In this document: positions 19,471 through 30,023 of the stretch, one piece after another
Position numbering within the stretch: the stretch's first letter is position 1
How the letters are laid out: each line of letters starts with the position of its first letter
Source of the DNA: Nitrospirota bacterium
GTDB taxonomy: Bacteria > Nitrospirota > UBA9217
Reading direction: 5' to 3'
Assembly (NCBI GenBank): GCA_963790205.1
Contig: CAWBNQ010000001.1
Location: forward strand, 34,688-98,687
Length of the DNA stretch: 64,000 nt
Made by a program: the position numbers and the translations under genes
Notes under the pieces: model-generated
What the model was told of the DNA's origin: nothing
What the model saw: only the letters and a program-made list of their open reading frames with translations
The model's database searches: none

Positions 19471-19682
19471 ATCCGGGGATTAAGAAGGTAAAGACGTGCC
19501 CTATTTAGTTATCTACTACGGCGCAATGGCGCTTGAAAGAAAATGTTGTGAAATGCTGACTGAAACATGCTAATGGCCAAGTTTACCGAGATGCCGAGTC
19601 CGGTGGGGCGACTTATTGGAAGAAACAAGCTGCATATTTCATGTGTGAATTTTTATTTTTCCTGAAGCGGACAATCGCTTGC

Positions 19683-20219
19683 TCAACTTTGAACTACTTT
19701 GCCGTGCATCTCCTGGGTCAGCGCCTCAATGCGTTGGCTCATCTCCTTTACGACTTCGGTCAGCTGCGTGTTCTGCTGGAGCAATTCCAATAACTGTACC
19801 GTTTGTTGCGCGGCCAGTGTTTGGCGCTGCTCGCTCGCGACAGCAAGGGCTTCCCGATGCTGCGCATCGGCCTCGGTGTGCGCCTTGTCCCGGTCCGCCT
19901 GTCGTGTTTGCGCAAGCAGGATGAGCGGGGCGGCGTAAGCTGCCTGGAGACTGAACGCGAGGTTGAGCAGAATAAAGGGATAGACGTCGAACTTGGAAAA
20001 CCCGAAGACATTCAGGCCGATCCAGATCGCAACCACGATCGTCTGTGACACAAGAAACAGCGGGGTTCCGAATAAGCGAGCGAATGCCTCGGCCTTCAGT
20101 GAAAACCAATCGTCCCCGAAGACCGAACTAAGATGAAAGTGCGCAAGGTGGAATCGGAAGTAATTGCCATTCGGTGCGGCGATGGGTGCAGTTTTCGATG
20201 GTATTGAGCGTATTTTCAT
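19683..20219 (-). CDS. DUF1003-family membrane protein
   Basis: 178 aa; two TM helices followed by Q/A-rich coiled coil, pattern matching DUF1003. Confidence 0.55.
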   Translation of the reverse strand: MKIRSIPSKTAPIAAPNGNYFRFHLAHFHLSSVFGDDWFSLKAEAFARLFGTPLFLVSQTIVVAIWIGLNVFGFSKFDVYPFILLNLAFSLQAAYAAPLILLAQTRQADRDKAHTEADAQHREALAVASEQRQTLAAQQTVQLLELLQQNTQLTEVVKEMSQRIEALTQEMHGKVVQS

Positions 20220-20305
20220 ATCTTCTCCATTGCTTATTTTCTAAATAAAACAAGGTACGGATGTATTAGGGGGCATTGATACGTGAAGAGTATTTGTCCT
20301 GATCG

Positions 20306-20551
20306 TCACTTTTTCCCCATCTTCTCGATTAAACGCGAAGTACTGGATGCTGCCACTTCCAGATGACGCGCCCTTTCAGCGGATGATAAGCCGAGTTCCG
20401 TCCGGCCCCGTGAAGCGATAACGGCCCGCATTCTTTCTTCTGCATAACTATCATCCTTAACAGACTCGCAATTCCTTGCCGTGCACGTTTTGTTCTCACC
20501 TATCTGATATCTGGCCCCCTTGAGTAGATTTTGAGATGGGATACCCATCAT
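20306..20551 (-). CDS. Hypothetical small protein (81 aa)
   Basis: ORF only; no recognisable motif. Confidence 0.25.
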   Translation of the reverse strand: MMGIPSQNLLKGARYQIGENKTCTARNCESVKDDSYAEERMRAVIASRGRTELGLSSAERARHLEVAASSTSRLIEKMGKK

Positions 20552-20563
20552 GATTATTGCCAG

Positions 20564-22507
20564 CTACTTTCCGTTATTTTCGAGGGATTGCAGCGTTTTA
20601 CATCCGAAATCATTTCCCAGATCACAAGCATTTCTTAAATCAGATGCCGCATTTTCAATCCGACCGACTTGAAGAAGCAAAAGTCCTCGATTGAGGAACG
20701 CATTAACGTCAGTTTGATTTAAAGAAATCGCAGTAGTGAAATCCTCGATTGCCTTATCAAGTTGCCCCATGTTTCCAAGAACCATCCCTCGATTATTATA
20801 AGCAGAGTAAAAAAGAGGGTTTAAATCAATTGCCTTATCCAAGTCTTTAAGTGCCTGGCCATACTGGCCCAGATTCATAAAAATCATTCCTCGATGGTAA
20901 TAGGCTTCGTAATAATAGGGAGCCAAAGCAATCGCCTTGTCCAAGTCCTCCTTTGCCTTATCAAGTTGTCCTTTCTCCATAAAAAATAACCCTCTATTAT
21001 TATAGGCTATAGGAATCTCATCAGGCCGGTTTTTAATAACATAAGTCCAGAGAGTAATGCTGTTTTTCCAAATACGTATCTGGCTCAGGGTCATATATAC
21101 TAGGGGAACTAACAGTAAAATGACTGCGGCAAGCGTGACAATCTTGGAGGTCAGCTCCGGTTTCTTTGCCCTCTGTATTTTAGTCAACAGCCATGCGGCC
21201 ACTAACCCTACAAGCAGGAACGGTCCGAGGCTGGGTAGATAGGTGTACCTGTCCGCCATTGCCTGCGACCCCACCTGAACAATACCAAGAACGGGAATCA
21301 GCATTATGACATAGTAACCCCATGCCGACAACCATTCTTTATGTTTCTTTGCCGTTAACAGACAGGCGCCTGTAATCCCAGCTACAAGAGCAACCGGGAA
21401 AAGATATGCCGGTGATATGCTCTTCGGGTAAGGATAAAAAGGGGTTAAATTCAGGGGCACTATCATATTCCAAAGATAAGCCACCAGAGCTTTGGCCGCC
21501 ACAAGAATCCGTGTTGATAAAGGGTAAGCCTCCGTCGTCGCGATAGCTCCAGCTGCCTTTTGTGCAAAGACAGTCAGGACCGATGAGATAATGCTTAAGG
21601 CAATAAAGGGGATTTTTTCGACCAATACAGTCCGCAATTGTTCGCGGGACTGAAATCTTTGGAGCGGATACCAGTCTAAAAGCAGCAGGACCAAGGGAAG
21701 GGTGACCGCCATGGGTTTGCTTAACAAAGCGAGAATGAAGAATACAACACTAAAAAGATATTGCTTATTGATACGGCGTGCTGGTTCTTGTGCCGCTTCG
21801 GTCACATATTTCGTATACGTTATGATACTGAACAGGAAGAAAAGGGCGCATAAAAGGTCTTTTCGTTCCGCTACCCATGCCACCGATTCTACATGAACAG
21901 GATGGAGCCCGAACAATAAACCTGTTGCTGTGGCAGCAATAAGCGTAAATGGTGAAAAGGAAATGGTGAAAGACGTGCCCTCCATTTTTAAGGCGGGCGA
22001 GGGGTGATTCCCTGCTTCCAATAACCTCGCAACCAGAACCACCACCAAAAATGTGTTTATTGCGTGCAGAACATTATTGGTCAGGTGATGTCCCAGCGGA
22101 TTCAATCCCCAGACGGCGTAATCCGCGGCATGTGATATCCAGGTAAGCGGGTGCCAGTTGCCCGCATGGAAACCGAAAAATGCCCATTTAAAGAACTTGA
22201 GACTAAATGAAGTGATATTGGGATTCTCATACACATAAAGATCATCATCCCAGTTCACAAACTCATTTTGAAGAGATTTCAGATATACAAGAAAGGTCAG
22301 CAAGGAAACCGAAGCCGCAAGATAGTATCTAACGTTTCGTGATCTCTGCGCAACAGTATTTTGTGACAATCCTGAGTCATCAGACTTGTGTAATGATGTC
22401 GCACCGCCTTGGACCACGGTGGCTTCCTCCGGCATCTTTTTCTTTTTCCTTGAAGATTTACCCACGACAATTAATCCTTCTTTTGAAAGACATTGCACGC
22501 TTAGCAC
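20564..22507 (-). CDS. TMTC-like polytopic membrane protein with C-terminal TPR repeats (DUF1736-type GT-C fold candidate glycosyltransferase)
   Basis: 647 aa; about 11 predicted TM helices then 6-7 TPRs (AYNNRG..., AYYHRG..., AYNNRG..., AFLNRG...); locally lower GC. Confidence 0.6.
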   Translation of the reverse strand: MLSVQCLSKEGLIVVGKSSRKKKKMPEEATVVQGGATSLHKSDDSGLSQNTVAQRSRNVRYYLAASVSLLTFLVYLKSLQNEFVNWDDDLYVYENPNITSFSLKFFKWAFFGFHAGNWHPLTWISHAADYAVWGLNPLGHHLTNNVLHAINTFLVVVLVARLLEAGNHPSPALKMEGTSFTISFSPFTLIAATATGLLFGLHPVHVESVAWVAERKDLLCALFFLFSIITYTKYVTEAAQEPARRINKQYLFSVVFFILALLSKPMAVTLPLVLLLLDWYPLQRFQSREQLRTVLVEKIPFIALSIISSVLTVFAQKAAGAIATTEAYPLSTRILVAAKALVAYLWNMIVPLNLTPFYPYPKSISPAYLFPVALVAGITGACLLTAKKHKEWLSAWGYYVIMLIPVLGIVQVGSQAMADRYTYLPSLGPFLLVGLVAAWLLTKIQRAKKPELTSKIVTLAAVILLLVPLVYMTLSQIRIWKNSITLWTYVIKNRPDEIPIAYNNRGLFFMEKGQLDKAKEDLDKAIALAPYYYEAYYHRGMIFMNLGQYGQALKDLDKAIDLNPLFYSAYNNRGMVLGNMGQLDKAIEDFTTAISLNQTDVNAFLNRGLLLLQVGRIENAASDLRNACDLGNDFGCKTLQSLENNGK

Positions 22508-22595
22508 TTAGAACGTCTACTAAGGGATATTATGAACCTGCGATTCTATATGACTGTGGCAAAGTGGCCAGTTGATAAAGAGCAAAAAGCGGGTA

Positions 22596-23690
22596 CTATT
22601 CTTTGAATGTCCAATACGAATTCAGAAAATAATTGATGAGCGTGGCCGGGACGATGCCTACTGCCTGATGGACTTGCGGGATGCCGCCGGAATCGACCAC
22701 CGACAATACCAGGAAGGTGGAATAGCTGACGCCTAAGGCGACAAGGGAAATGATGTTGAACTTCAGCCCCCGGATATGTATCTTGTCGTTGATGTCCCTG
22801 CCCGAGAACGTCCAGAAATTGTTCAACAGAAAATTTGAAATGATGGAGAGCTCGATCGCGACGGGCGAGGCGATGAATTTGTTCAAACCCGTGTTCATGA
22901 GGACGGTGAACGAAACCAGGTTGACGACGACCCCGGCGGCGCCGACAACTGAAAATTTGAGGAAGGTCTTGCTTCGTTCGAACCGGATCCACCAGGCATT
23001 CAGCATGAACTCAACGATGTCGGAGAGTCCCAGTTTGGTCTGCCCTCTTTTTCTGTCTATGAACTCGACCGGGACCTCCTGAACGCGCGCGTGATTGACG
23101 ATCGCCTCATGGAGAAGCGATATTTGAAAAGCATATCCCCGGACCTTCAGCGCATCAAGGTCGATCTTTCTGACGACCTCCGCCCGGATCGCCCGAAAGC
23201 CGGCAGTGCAGTCTCTGACCTTGTACAGCCCGGCTATGTACCGGGCAAAGACATTCCCCCATTGAGAGATCATCCTTCTTAAAAAACTCCAGTCCTCCGG
23301 TATTTTCCCGCCGGGGACATATCTGCTGCCGATCACGAAATCCGCTCCCCGGTCAACAGCTTCGATCAGTCTTGGAACGTCTTCGGGTCTATGCGAGAAG
23401 TCCGCGTCCATTTCCATGACAACGTCGGCATGCAGGCGAAGAAGCGCGTACTTCATTCCCCTTACATAGGCTGCGCCGAGCCCTTGTTTTTCGCCGGTTA
23501 TCAAAAAGAGGTTCGATGCCGTTTTACATTCGTTCCTGACGATTTCCGCAGTCCCGTCCGGCGAATTATCATCAACAACCAGGATGTTCAGGGCATGCGG
23601 AATTTTGCGGAATTGTTCCTGAAGCGCCCGTAGGATGAGCGCGATATTGTCTTTTTCATTATAGGTGGGCAGAATAACGACGATCTTCAA
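22596..23690 (-). CDS. Polyprenol-phosphate hexosyltransferase (GT2, Dpm1/GtrB/ArnC-like) fused to C-terminal GtrA-like flippase-type domain
   Basis: 364 aa; N-terminal VILPTYNE...VVDDNSPDGT and DAD (MDADFSH) motifs; C-terminal 4-TM GtrA-family segment (KFSVVGAAGVVVNL...NNFWTF). Confidence 0.8.
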   Translation of the reverse strand: MKIVVILPTYNEKDNIALILRALQEQFRKIPHALNILVVDDNSPDGTAEIVRNECKTASNLFLITGEKQGLGAAYVRGMKYALLRLHADVVMEMDADFSHRPEDVPRLIEAVDRGADFVIGSRYVPGGKIPEDWSFLRRMISQWGNVFARYIAGLYKVRDCTAGFRAIRAEVVRKIDLDALKVRGYAFQISLLHEAIVNHARVQEVPVEFIDRKRGQTKLGLSDIVEFMLNAWWIRFERSKTFLKFSVVGAAGVVVNLVSFTVLMNTGLNKFIASPVAIELSIISNFLLNNFWTFSGRDINDKIHIRGLKFNIISLVALGVSYSTFLVLSVVDSGGIPQVHQAVGIVPATLINYFLNSYWTFKE

Positions 23691-24865
23691 TCTAACACCT
23701 GGGGGCCAATATTTTTTCCCGTGTTCACCGGCTCCTTCAAAAGACGAATGAGCATATACAAGCCGAAGCCTGCGGCAAGAAGCGGGGAGAGCCAGCTGTC
23801 ATTCACGGCTGGCGTCAGCAAACGTTCGATCGTCCGGCTCGCCACGAGGCAGAAGACCATGAGCGAGAGCAGGATGCCCTCTCCGATGCGCTTCCCGCTC
23901 AAAAACGCCCCTGCGAGAAACACGCCGAAAAGGGGACCGAGCATCGCATAGGTATTGCTCTCCGTGCGCGGGCTGAACAGTATCACGTAGAGAACGGCCA
24001 GCGAGAGCACGTAGATCGCCGAGCGGGCCGCGCCGTGCCTCTTCCTGGCAAAGAAACAGAGAGCGAGCGTGGCCGCGGCGGCAGCGAGGCGTATCGCGGA
24101 CTGGATCTTCTCAGGCACGTCGAGTCCCGCGTCGCGCAGCGCCGTGAACGGCGTCGTCCACCCGTGGGCGACAATGCCCATGTGAGCCGATATGGTCATG
24201 TTCTGAAAACATACACGGTACTGCTCCGCAACATAGCCGGGGTGCTGGGTCAAAAAAGGCGAGACCGCGAGCGCGATCATGCCCAGCAGCACGCGCCAGG
24301 TCATGAGACGGTCGATGGCGCCTATCAAGAGAACAAGGACGATGGCGAGCGGCTTGACCGCGACAGCCAGGGCAAGCCACAGCACGGCCCGCCACCGGAG
24401 GTCGCGGGCAACAGCGACCACGGCCAAGAGCATGAAACCGGCCATGATCAGCGTAGCTTGGCCGTTCCGCGCGCAGTCCCAGGCCAGGGGGATGGAAACG
24501 AGCGTCGCCAGCGGAAACAGTTCTTTTCCCGATTGCTCGCCGGCGAGCCGCGCGAAACTGCGCAGGCCGAGAGCGAAGACGCCGATATTCACGATACGCC
24601 AGGACATCTCGCCCAGGGCCGGAGGGAGCAGCGCAAAGGGCGTAAAGAGAATGGCCGCCTGTGGAAGGTAAGTGAATCCACCGATGCCGGTCAGCTCATA
24701 CAGGAACTGACCTGAGATCCACTGCCGGGCACCGAACCGGTAACTGGGAACGACTGAACGGCTGCTGTCATGGAGAATGAGCGCGGCCGTCGCCAGGAAC
24801 AACGCTGCCCAGCCGATCCACGCGTATCGCACCGCGTTTCTCTCGTTTAACGATGCCATCTTCAC
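23687..24865 (-). CDS. Polytopic membrane protein, GT-C-like (DUF2029/GT87-type mannosyltransferase-like)
   Basis: 392 aa, about 10 TM helices; 4-nt overlap with upstream GT2 gene; family assignment from overall topology, not verified. Confidence 0.45.
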   Translation of the reverse strand: MKMASLNERNAVRYAWIGWAALFLATAALILHDSSRSVVPSYRFGARQWISGQFLYELTGIGGFTYLPQAAILFTPFALLPPALGEMSWRIVNIGVFALGLRSFARLAGEQSGKELFPLATLVSIPLAWDCARNGQATLIMAGFMLLAVVAVARDLRWRAVLWLALAVAVKPLAIVLVLLIGAIDRLMTWRVLLGMIALAVSPFLTQHPGYVAEQYRVCFQNMTISAHMGIVAHGWTTPFTALRDAGLDVPEKIQSAIRLAAAAATLALCFFARKRHGAARSAIYVLSLAVLYVILFSPRTESNTYAMLGPLFGVFLAGAFLSGKRIGEGILLSLMVFCLVASRTIERLLTPAVNDSWLSPLLAAGFGLYMLIRLLKEPVNTGKNIGPQVLD

Positions 24866-24964
24866 GTCCGCATCTCTCCCCGCAGATTCACTTCAGGCAG
24901 TCCAAGATGTGATTATATAAGAATTAAGCTCCCGTATCAAGCAAATTTAAAAAACCGCTTCAAC

Positions 24965-24993
24965 TTGACAACCCGGCGCCAACTGTTTATAGT
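24965..24993 (+). promoter_or_regulatory. Sigma70-like promoter TTGACA-N17-TATAGT for ArnT-like gene
   Basis: Hexamers read directly in divergent intergenic region. Confidence 0.4.
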
Positions 24994-25069
24994 TAATAAA
25001 TTTTTCCGACGCCGGCCGCGGCCGACACAGTGCTGTTAAAATGAAGAAGCTGTTGATGCTCCTTTCTCT

Positions 25070-26719
25070 ATGAAAATTAAGATCCTTTCCGTATCGGCAC
25101 TCATTCTTATATTCCTTCTGTGGATTACGCCCGGGCTCTTCGGCCGCGATCCATGGAAAGCGGACGAACCCTTCAGTTTCGGCCTGGCCAATCATATGAT
25201 CCAAACGGGCGACTGGGTTGTGCCCACACTTACCGGCGAGCCCTTCCTCGAAAAACCCCCGCTCTATTTCCTGACCGCGGCTGGGTTCGGACGGCTGTTT
25301 TCCCCCCCTTTGAACCTTGTCGACGCTGCCCGTTTGGCCACCGCCTTTTATATGTTCCTGGCCTTCCTGTTTTTCGCGCTCACGGCCCGGGAGCTCTACG
25401 GCAAGGAACACGCCGCGATCGCCGTGATCCTCCTGCTCGGTTGTGTTCACCTCCAGGTCACCGCTCACAAGCTGATCACCGACGTCGGCCTCTTTGCCGG
25501 TTTTTCCATCGCCTTCTATGGGTTCGCCCTTTGCGGACGGCGTCGAACCGCCGGAGGGTTCTGGCTCGGGACCGGGACGGGCATCGGTTTCTTATCCAAG
25601 GGTCTGCTCGCCCCCGGCCTGCTCGGCATCATCGCCGTCGCCCTTCCCGCGCTCTTCCGCCAATGGCGGCGGAAAGACTACGGACTGTCTCTCGCGATCG
25701 CCCTGGCGGCCGCGCTCCCCTGGCTGGTCATCTGGCCCGTTGCCCTCTACAGGAGGTCCCCGGATTTTTTCATGCAGTGGTTCTGGAACCAGAACTTCGG
25801 GAGGTTCCTGGGATTCAATGCCGGGTCCGTCGGATTCAATCCGGGGGCCCCGGACCCCCACAGCTGGTATATTTTGAATCTTCCCTTGCTCGCTTGGCCG
25901 GTCATACTGCCGGCGTCCTGGTCACTCTGGCATTTCAGAAGGTCCTGGCGAGACCATCCGGTTTTCCAGCTCCCCCTGGTCGCATGTATCGTGATCCTTG
26001 CGGTGCTGAGCGCGGCCTCGACCAACCGGGGGCTCTACGCCACGCCGATACTTTTACCGATTACCCTGCTCGCGGTCCCGGGGGTCGATCTGCTCCCGAC
26101 CAAGGTCAAGGTCATTGCCAGCCGGGCAAGCGTTCTTTTTTTCGGCGTCGTGGCGTTCCTCTTGTGGTTCGGCTGGGTTGCGATGATGACCGGCAGTCCC
26201 GTTGTTATCGCGCAGAAGCTTCATGAGTTCCAGCCTGATTATGTCCCTTCCGTCAATGGCGTTTTGCTGGCCGCGGCCGCTCTCTACAGCCTGGCGTGGC
26301 TCTTCATCGTGACCAGGGTCACCCGCTCGCCTGACTGCGCCCCCGTGAACTGGACCCTGGGAGTGGTCCTCGCCTGGGGGCTGGTCATGACGCTCTGGCT
26401 TCCCGCCCTGAACCAGGGTTCGAGCTATCGTGCCGCGTTCACCTCGCTTAAAAAGTCCATGCCCCCTGATTATTCCTGCATCGAAAGCCGGGGATTGGGA
26501 GAGTCGGAGCGGGCCATGCTCGAATACTTCGCCGGCCTGCGGACCCGCCGGATCGAGGCCGCAGGCCCGGGAAACTGCGATCTCCTGCTCGAACAGCGGA
26601 GCGGTAAAGCACCTGAGTCCCCCCCCGTGCCCGCCTGGCAAAAAATATGGGAATTCAAACACCCAAGCATTCGCCCCAAGGACATTTTCACGCTTTACAA
26701 AAAAGCGGGCGGCACTTGA
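25070..26719 (+). CDS. ArnT/PMT-family (GT83/GT39-like) polyprenol-phosphate-sugar-dependent membrane glycosyltransferase
   Basis: 549 aa; N-terminal loop motif DEPFSFGLANHMIQTGDWVVPTLTGEPFLEKPPLYF characteristic of ArnT/PMT_2; 12+ TM helices. Confidence 0.75.
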   Translation: MKIKILSVSALILIFLLWITPGLFGRDPWKADEPFSFGLANHMIQTGDWVVPTLTGEPFLEKPPLYFLTAAGFGRLFSPPLNLVDAARLATAFYMFLAFLFFALTARELYGKEHAAIAVILLLGCVHLQVTAHKLITDVGLFAGFSIAFYGFALCGRRRTAGGFWLGTGTGIGFLSKGLLAPGLLGIIAVALPALFRQWRRKDYGLSLAIALAAALPWLVIWPVALYRRSPDFFMQWFWNQNFGRFLGFNAGSVGFNPGAPDPHSWYILNLPLLAWPVILPASWSLWHFRRSWRDHPVFQLPLVACIVILAVLSAASTNRGLYATPILLPITLLAVPGVDLLPTKVKVIASRASVLFFGVVAFLLWFGWVAMMTGSPVVIAQKLHEFQPDYVPSVNGVLLAAAALYSLAWLFIVTRVTRSPDCAPVNWTLGVVLAWGLVMTLWLPALNQGSSYRAAFTSLKKSMPPDYSCIESRGLGESERAMLEYFAGLRTRRIEAAGPGNCDLLLEQRSGKAPESPPVPAWQKIWEFKHPSIRPKDIFTLYKKAGGT

Positions 26720-26903
26720 AAAAGTGCCGGACACTCAAGTCGTTCTTTAGTCATTCGTTGTTAAAAAAGGGTTTTTAAGACGGGAAATAATAAACAGAGC
26801 GCGGGGAACACGGCAGGCCTTATCGCATGACAATGAACGGGCAGGCCTTCCGGCGAAATGGTCGCTGGAACGCCTGCCCGTATTCGTTGATTACCTGCCC
26901 TGT

Positions 26904-27437
26904 CTATTGACCTGATTTCAAATTCTGGATCATCTGCCGGATCTCCCCAGCGTCGGGCGCATTCGGCGCGAGCGCAAGGTACTTCTCGAATTCCCTGGCC
27001 GCCTCTTTTTTATCCTTGAGGTCAAAAGCCAGCACCACGCCCAGGTTTCGATGGGCATAAACGTGATTGGGATTCATCTTGATCGCCTTGCGGTATTCCT
27101 CGACCGCCTGCTGCGGCTTTCCCGAGTTCTTCAAGCACGTGCCCATATCGACCCGCACGTCCACGTTCTTCGGGTCGAGAGCAAGCGCCTTTTTATAGGC
27201 ATCGGCGGCCTCGCCGAACCGGTTCGAATCCATGAGCGCATTGCCGAAGGCGATCCAGGCGGCGGCGTTCTGCGGCGACTGCTTTGCGGTCTGTTCGAGC
27301 AGCCGCATTACCTCGGGTGAGGTCACCACGGCGGCCCCGCCGGGATAGCCCGCCTGGCCTTTCGGCTCCTGGCGCTGCTGGCTGCAGCCGGTTGCCGCAA
27401 TGAGAACAAACACAACCGCTAAAACTCTTTTTCTCAT
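26904..27437 (-). CDS. TPR-repeat lipoprotein
   Basis: 177 aa; lipobox IAATGC; TPR repeats. Confidence 0.65.
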   Translation of the reverse strand: MRKRVLAVVFVLIAATGCSQQRQEPKGQAGYPGGAAVVTSPEVMRLLEQTAKQSPQNAAAWIAFGNALMDSNRFGEAADAYKKALALDPKNVDVRVDMGTCLKNSGKPQQAVEEYRKAIKMNPNHVYAHRNLGVVLAFDLKDKKEAAREFEKYLALAPNAPDAGEIRQMIQNLKSGQ

Positions 27438-27626
27438 GATCTCCTCCGCGTCTTTACATTCAATAACCCAAGAACAGTCCTTAACCTCAGATAAGCACAG
27501 AAGGAATCAAGGTTGAGGGCACGCTCTCCTCGACCTCAGCATAAACCTTGGCATGCATCGTCAATCCGTATCGCTTTGAAGCGACTTTGTTTACAATTCT
27601 TGGCCTCATGTTTTTTGGATACCTGT

Positions 27627-27944
27627 TTACGATTTAATGAACGAACAGCAGTAATCGGAAAGCTTCCGCACCTTGAGCTTGAACTTTGAATGCGCCGCTG
27701 CCTCGAAGGACTGTCCGTTGCCGATCGTTTTCCACTTCGACACCCCCGGCAAAAGCACCTCGAGCTCGCCGGAGAGGATCTCCATGAGTTCCTTGTCGGA
27801 GGTCGAGAACTCGTATTCTCCCGGGAGCATCACGCCGAGGGTCTTTTTCGAGCCGTCGCTGAACAGCACGGTCCTGCTCGTGACCTTGCCGTCAAAATAA
27901 ACGTTCGCCTCTTTTACTACCGTTACATTTTTGAATTCCGACAT
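27627..27944 (-). CDS. ppnP: Pyrimidine/purine nucleoside phosphorylase PpnP (YaiE/DUF1255 cupin family)
   Basis: Start set at [10 protein letters not shown] (AGGAGAA RBS upstream); aligns with E. coli PpnP pattern (NVYFDGKV.S..., GEYTF.T...E.M.V..G.L.V.LP). Confidence 0.7.
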   Translation of the reverse strand: MSEFKNVTVVKEANVYFDGKVTSRTVLFSDGSKKTLGVMLPGEYEFSTSDKELMEILSGELEVLLPGVSKWKTIGNGQSFEAAAHSKFKLKVRKLSDYCCSFIKS

Positions 27945-28165
27945 GCTGAAATTCTCCTGAACAGTGTATCGATAGGGCAAAAGCGTCATCCCTTGTCACG
28001 GGGATTCCTCGCGCTATGCAGACCGCAGTATCTTTTGTACACTTCTCGCGGTGCGATGTCAACCCAAAAATTGCCCCAAAACTCTCCGAAATCCGGCCTG
28101 GCCCTGACTCACGATGATCAGCCACATGCGGGCGTGGAAATGACTGCCTTATTCCGCATGCCCAT

Positions 28166-29845
28166 TTACCTCGTCAAGTGACGGTACTTGATCCGGTGCG
28201 GCTGGTCCGCTGCCGCACCGAGACGCGCCTTTCGGTCAGCTTCATATTCCGAATAGTTCCCGTCGAAGAAGACCACTTTGCTGTCGCCCTCGAAGGCGAG
28301 CATGTGCGTGGCGATCCTGTCGAGGAACCAGCGGTCATGGCTGATCACCACGGCGCAGCCCGCGAAGTTCTCGAGTCCTTCTTCGAGCGCCCGCATGGTG
28401 TTCACGTCGATGTCGTTCGTGGGCTCGTCCAGGAGCAGAACGTTCGCTTCTTCCTTGAGGATCCGCGCCAAATGGACGCGGTTCCGTTCGCCGCCCGAGA
28501 GAACGCCGATCTTCTTCTGCTGGTCCGTGCCCCCGAAATTGAACCGCGACACGTAAGCGCGGGAGTTCATCAGGAGCTTGCCGAGCTGGACCTGTTCCTG
28601 GCCGCCGGTGATCACCTCCCAGATGGTCTTGTTCGGGTCGAGCACGTCGCGGCTCTGGTCCACATACCCCAGCTTCACGGTCTCTCCGATCCTGATCGTG
28701 CCTTTGTCCGGCTTGTCCTGGCCCGTGATCATGCGGAAGAGCGTTGTCTTGCCCGCGCCGTTCGGCCCGATCACGCCGACGATGCCGCCCGGCGGGAGCA
28801 TGAAGCTCATGCCCTCGACGAGGATGTTGTCGCCAAAGGCCTTGGTCACGTTGTCGGCCTCGATCACCACCTTGCCGAGCCGCGGTCCCGGCGGAATGTA
28901 GATTTCCAGTTCCTTGCCGCGCGCTTCGGTCTGCTGGCGAAGCATCTCTTCGTAGGAGCTGATGCGCGCCTTCGATTTCGCATGCCTGCCCTTGGGCGAC
29001 ATCCTGATCCACTCGAGCTCGCGGGCGAGCGTCTTCTGGCGTTCGCTCTCGGTCTTTTCCTCCAGCTTCAGCCGCTCGCCCTTTTGCTCAAGCCAGGAAG
29101 AATAGTTGCCCTTCCACGGGATGCCCTGGCCGCGGTCGAGTTCCAGTATCCAGCCCGCCACGTTATCGAGGAAGTACCGGTCATGGGTCACGGCGATGAC
29201 CGTGCCCTCGTATCTCTGAAGATGGTGTTCGAGCCAGGCGACGGACTCGGCATCAAGGTGGTTCGTGGGCTCATCGAGCAAAAGGATGTCCGGCGTTTGG
29301 AGCAAAAGCCTGCACAGCGCCACGCGCCGCTTTTCGCCGCCCGAGAGGGTCGAGATCTTTGCTTCGCCAGCCGGACAGCGCAGCGCGTCCATGGCCATAT
29401 CCAGCCTGCTGTCCAGTTCCCAGGCATTCAGGTGGTCGAGCTTCTCCTGCACCTCGCCCTGGCGCGCGATGAGCTTGTTCATTTCGTCATCGGACATGGG
29501 ATTGGCGAAGCTTTCGTTGATCTTGTTGTACTCGTGCAAAAGGTCGACGATCTGCTGCACGCCCTCTTCCACGCACTGACGCACGGTCTTTGCAGGATCG
29601 AGCTTCGGCTCCTGCTCGAGAATGCCGACGGTGTAGCCCGATGAGACCACGACCTCGCCCGCGAACTCCTTGTCAATGCCGGCCATGATCCTGAGCAGCG
29701 AGCTCTTGCCCGAGCCGTTCAGGCCCAGCACGCCGATCTTCGCGCCGTAGAAGTACGAAAGGTAAATGTCCTTCAGGACCGGCTTCTTATCGTAAAATTT
29801 GCCCACCCCTACCATGGAGTAGATTATCTTGTTCGGTTCAGCCAT
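28166..29845 (-). CDS. ettA: Energy-dependent translational throttle protein EttA (ABC-F)
   Basis: 559 aa; N-terminus and both ABC cassettes match EttA/YjjK (IYSMVGVGKFY...LNGSGKSSLLRIMAG). Confidence 0.9.
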   Translation of the reverse strand: MAEPNKIIYSMVGVGKFYDKKPVLKDIYLSYFYGAKIGVLGLNGSGKSSLLRIMAGIDKEFAGEVVVSSGYTVGILEQEPKLDPAKTVRQCVEEGVQQIVDLLHEYNKINESFANPMSDDEMNKLIARQGEVQEKLDHLNAWELDSRLDMAMDALRCPAGEAKISTLSGGEKRRVALCRLLLQTPDILLLDEPTNHLDAESVAWLEHHLQRYEGTVIAVTHDRYFLDNVAGWILELDRGQGIPWKGNYSSWLEQKGERLKLEEKTESERQKTLARELEWIRMSPKGRHAKSKARISSYEEMLRQQTEARGKELEIYIPPGPRLGKVVIEADNVTKAFGDNILVEGMSFMLPPGGIVGVIGPNGAGKTTLFRMITGQDKPDKGTIRIGETVKLGYVDQSRDVLDPNKTIWEVITGGQEQVQLGKLLMNSRAYVSRFNFGGTDQQKKIGVLSGGERNRVHLARILKEEANVLLLDEPTNDIDVNTMRALEEGLENFAGCAVVISHDRWFLDRIATHMLAFEGDSKVVFFDGNYSEYEADRKARLGAAADQPHRIKYRHLTR

Positions 29846-30023
29846 ATGCGGTATTCACAACCTCCTGGAAAATAGTAGGCTCATTTGTACACTTAATCGT
29901 GGCGGCGTGTCAATAATAAAAAAGAGCTGCATGCCGGCAGGAAGGCGTGGAAGGACCGCAGGAATAGTGACTAGGCAGCTGAGGACTACGTTTGCTGATA
30001 CAGCTTGTACATCTCAGATTATT

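Noticed and set aside
26810-26880. Hairpin ACGGGCAGGC...GCCTGCCCGT between convergent GT83 and TPR-lipoprotein genes as a terminator
   Set aside because: 10-bp stem but about 29-nt loop and no U-tract on either strand; too weak to call
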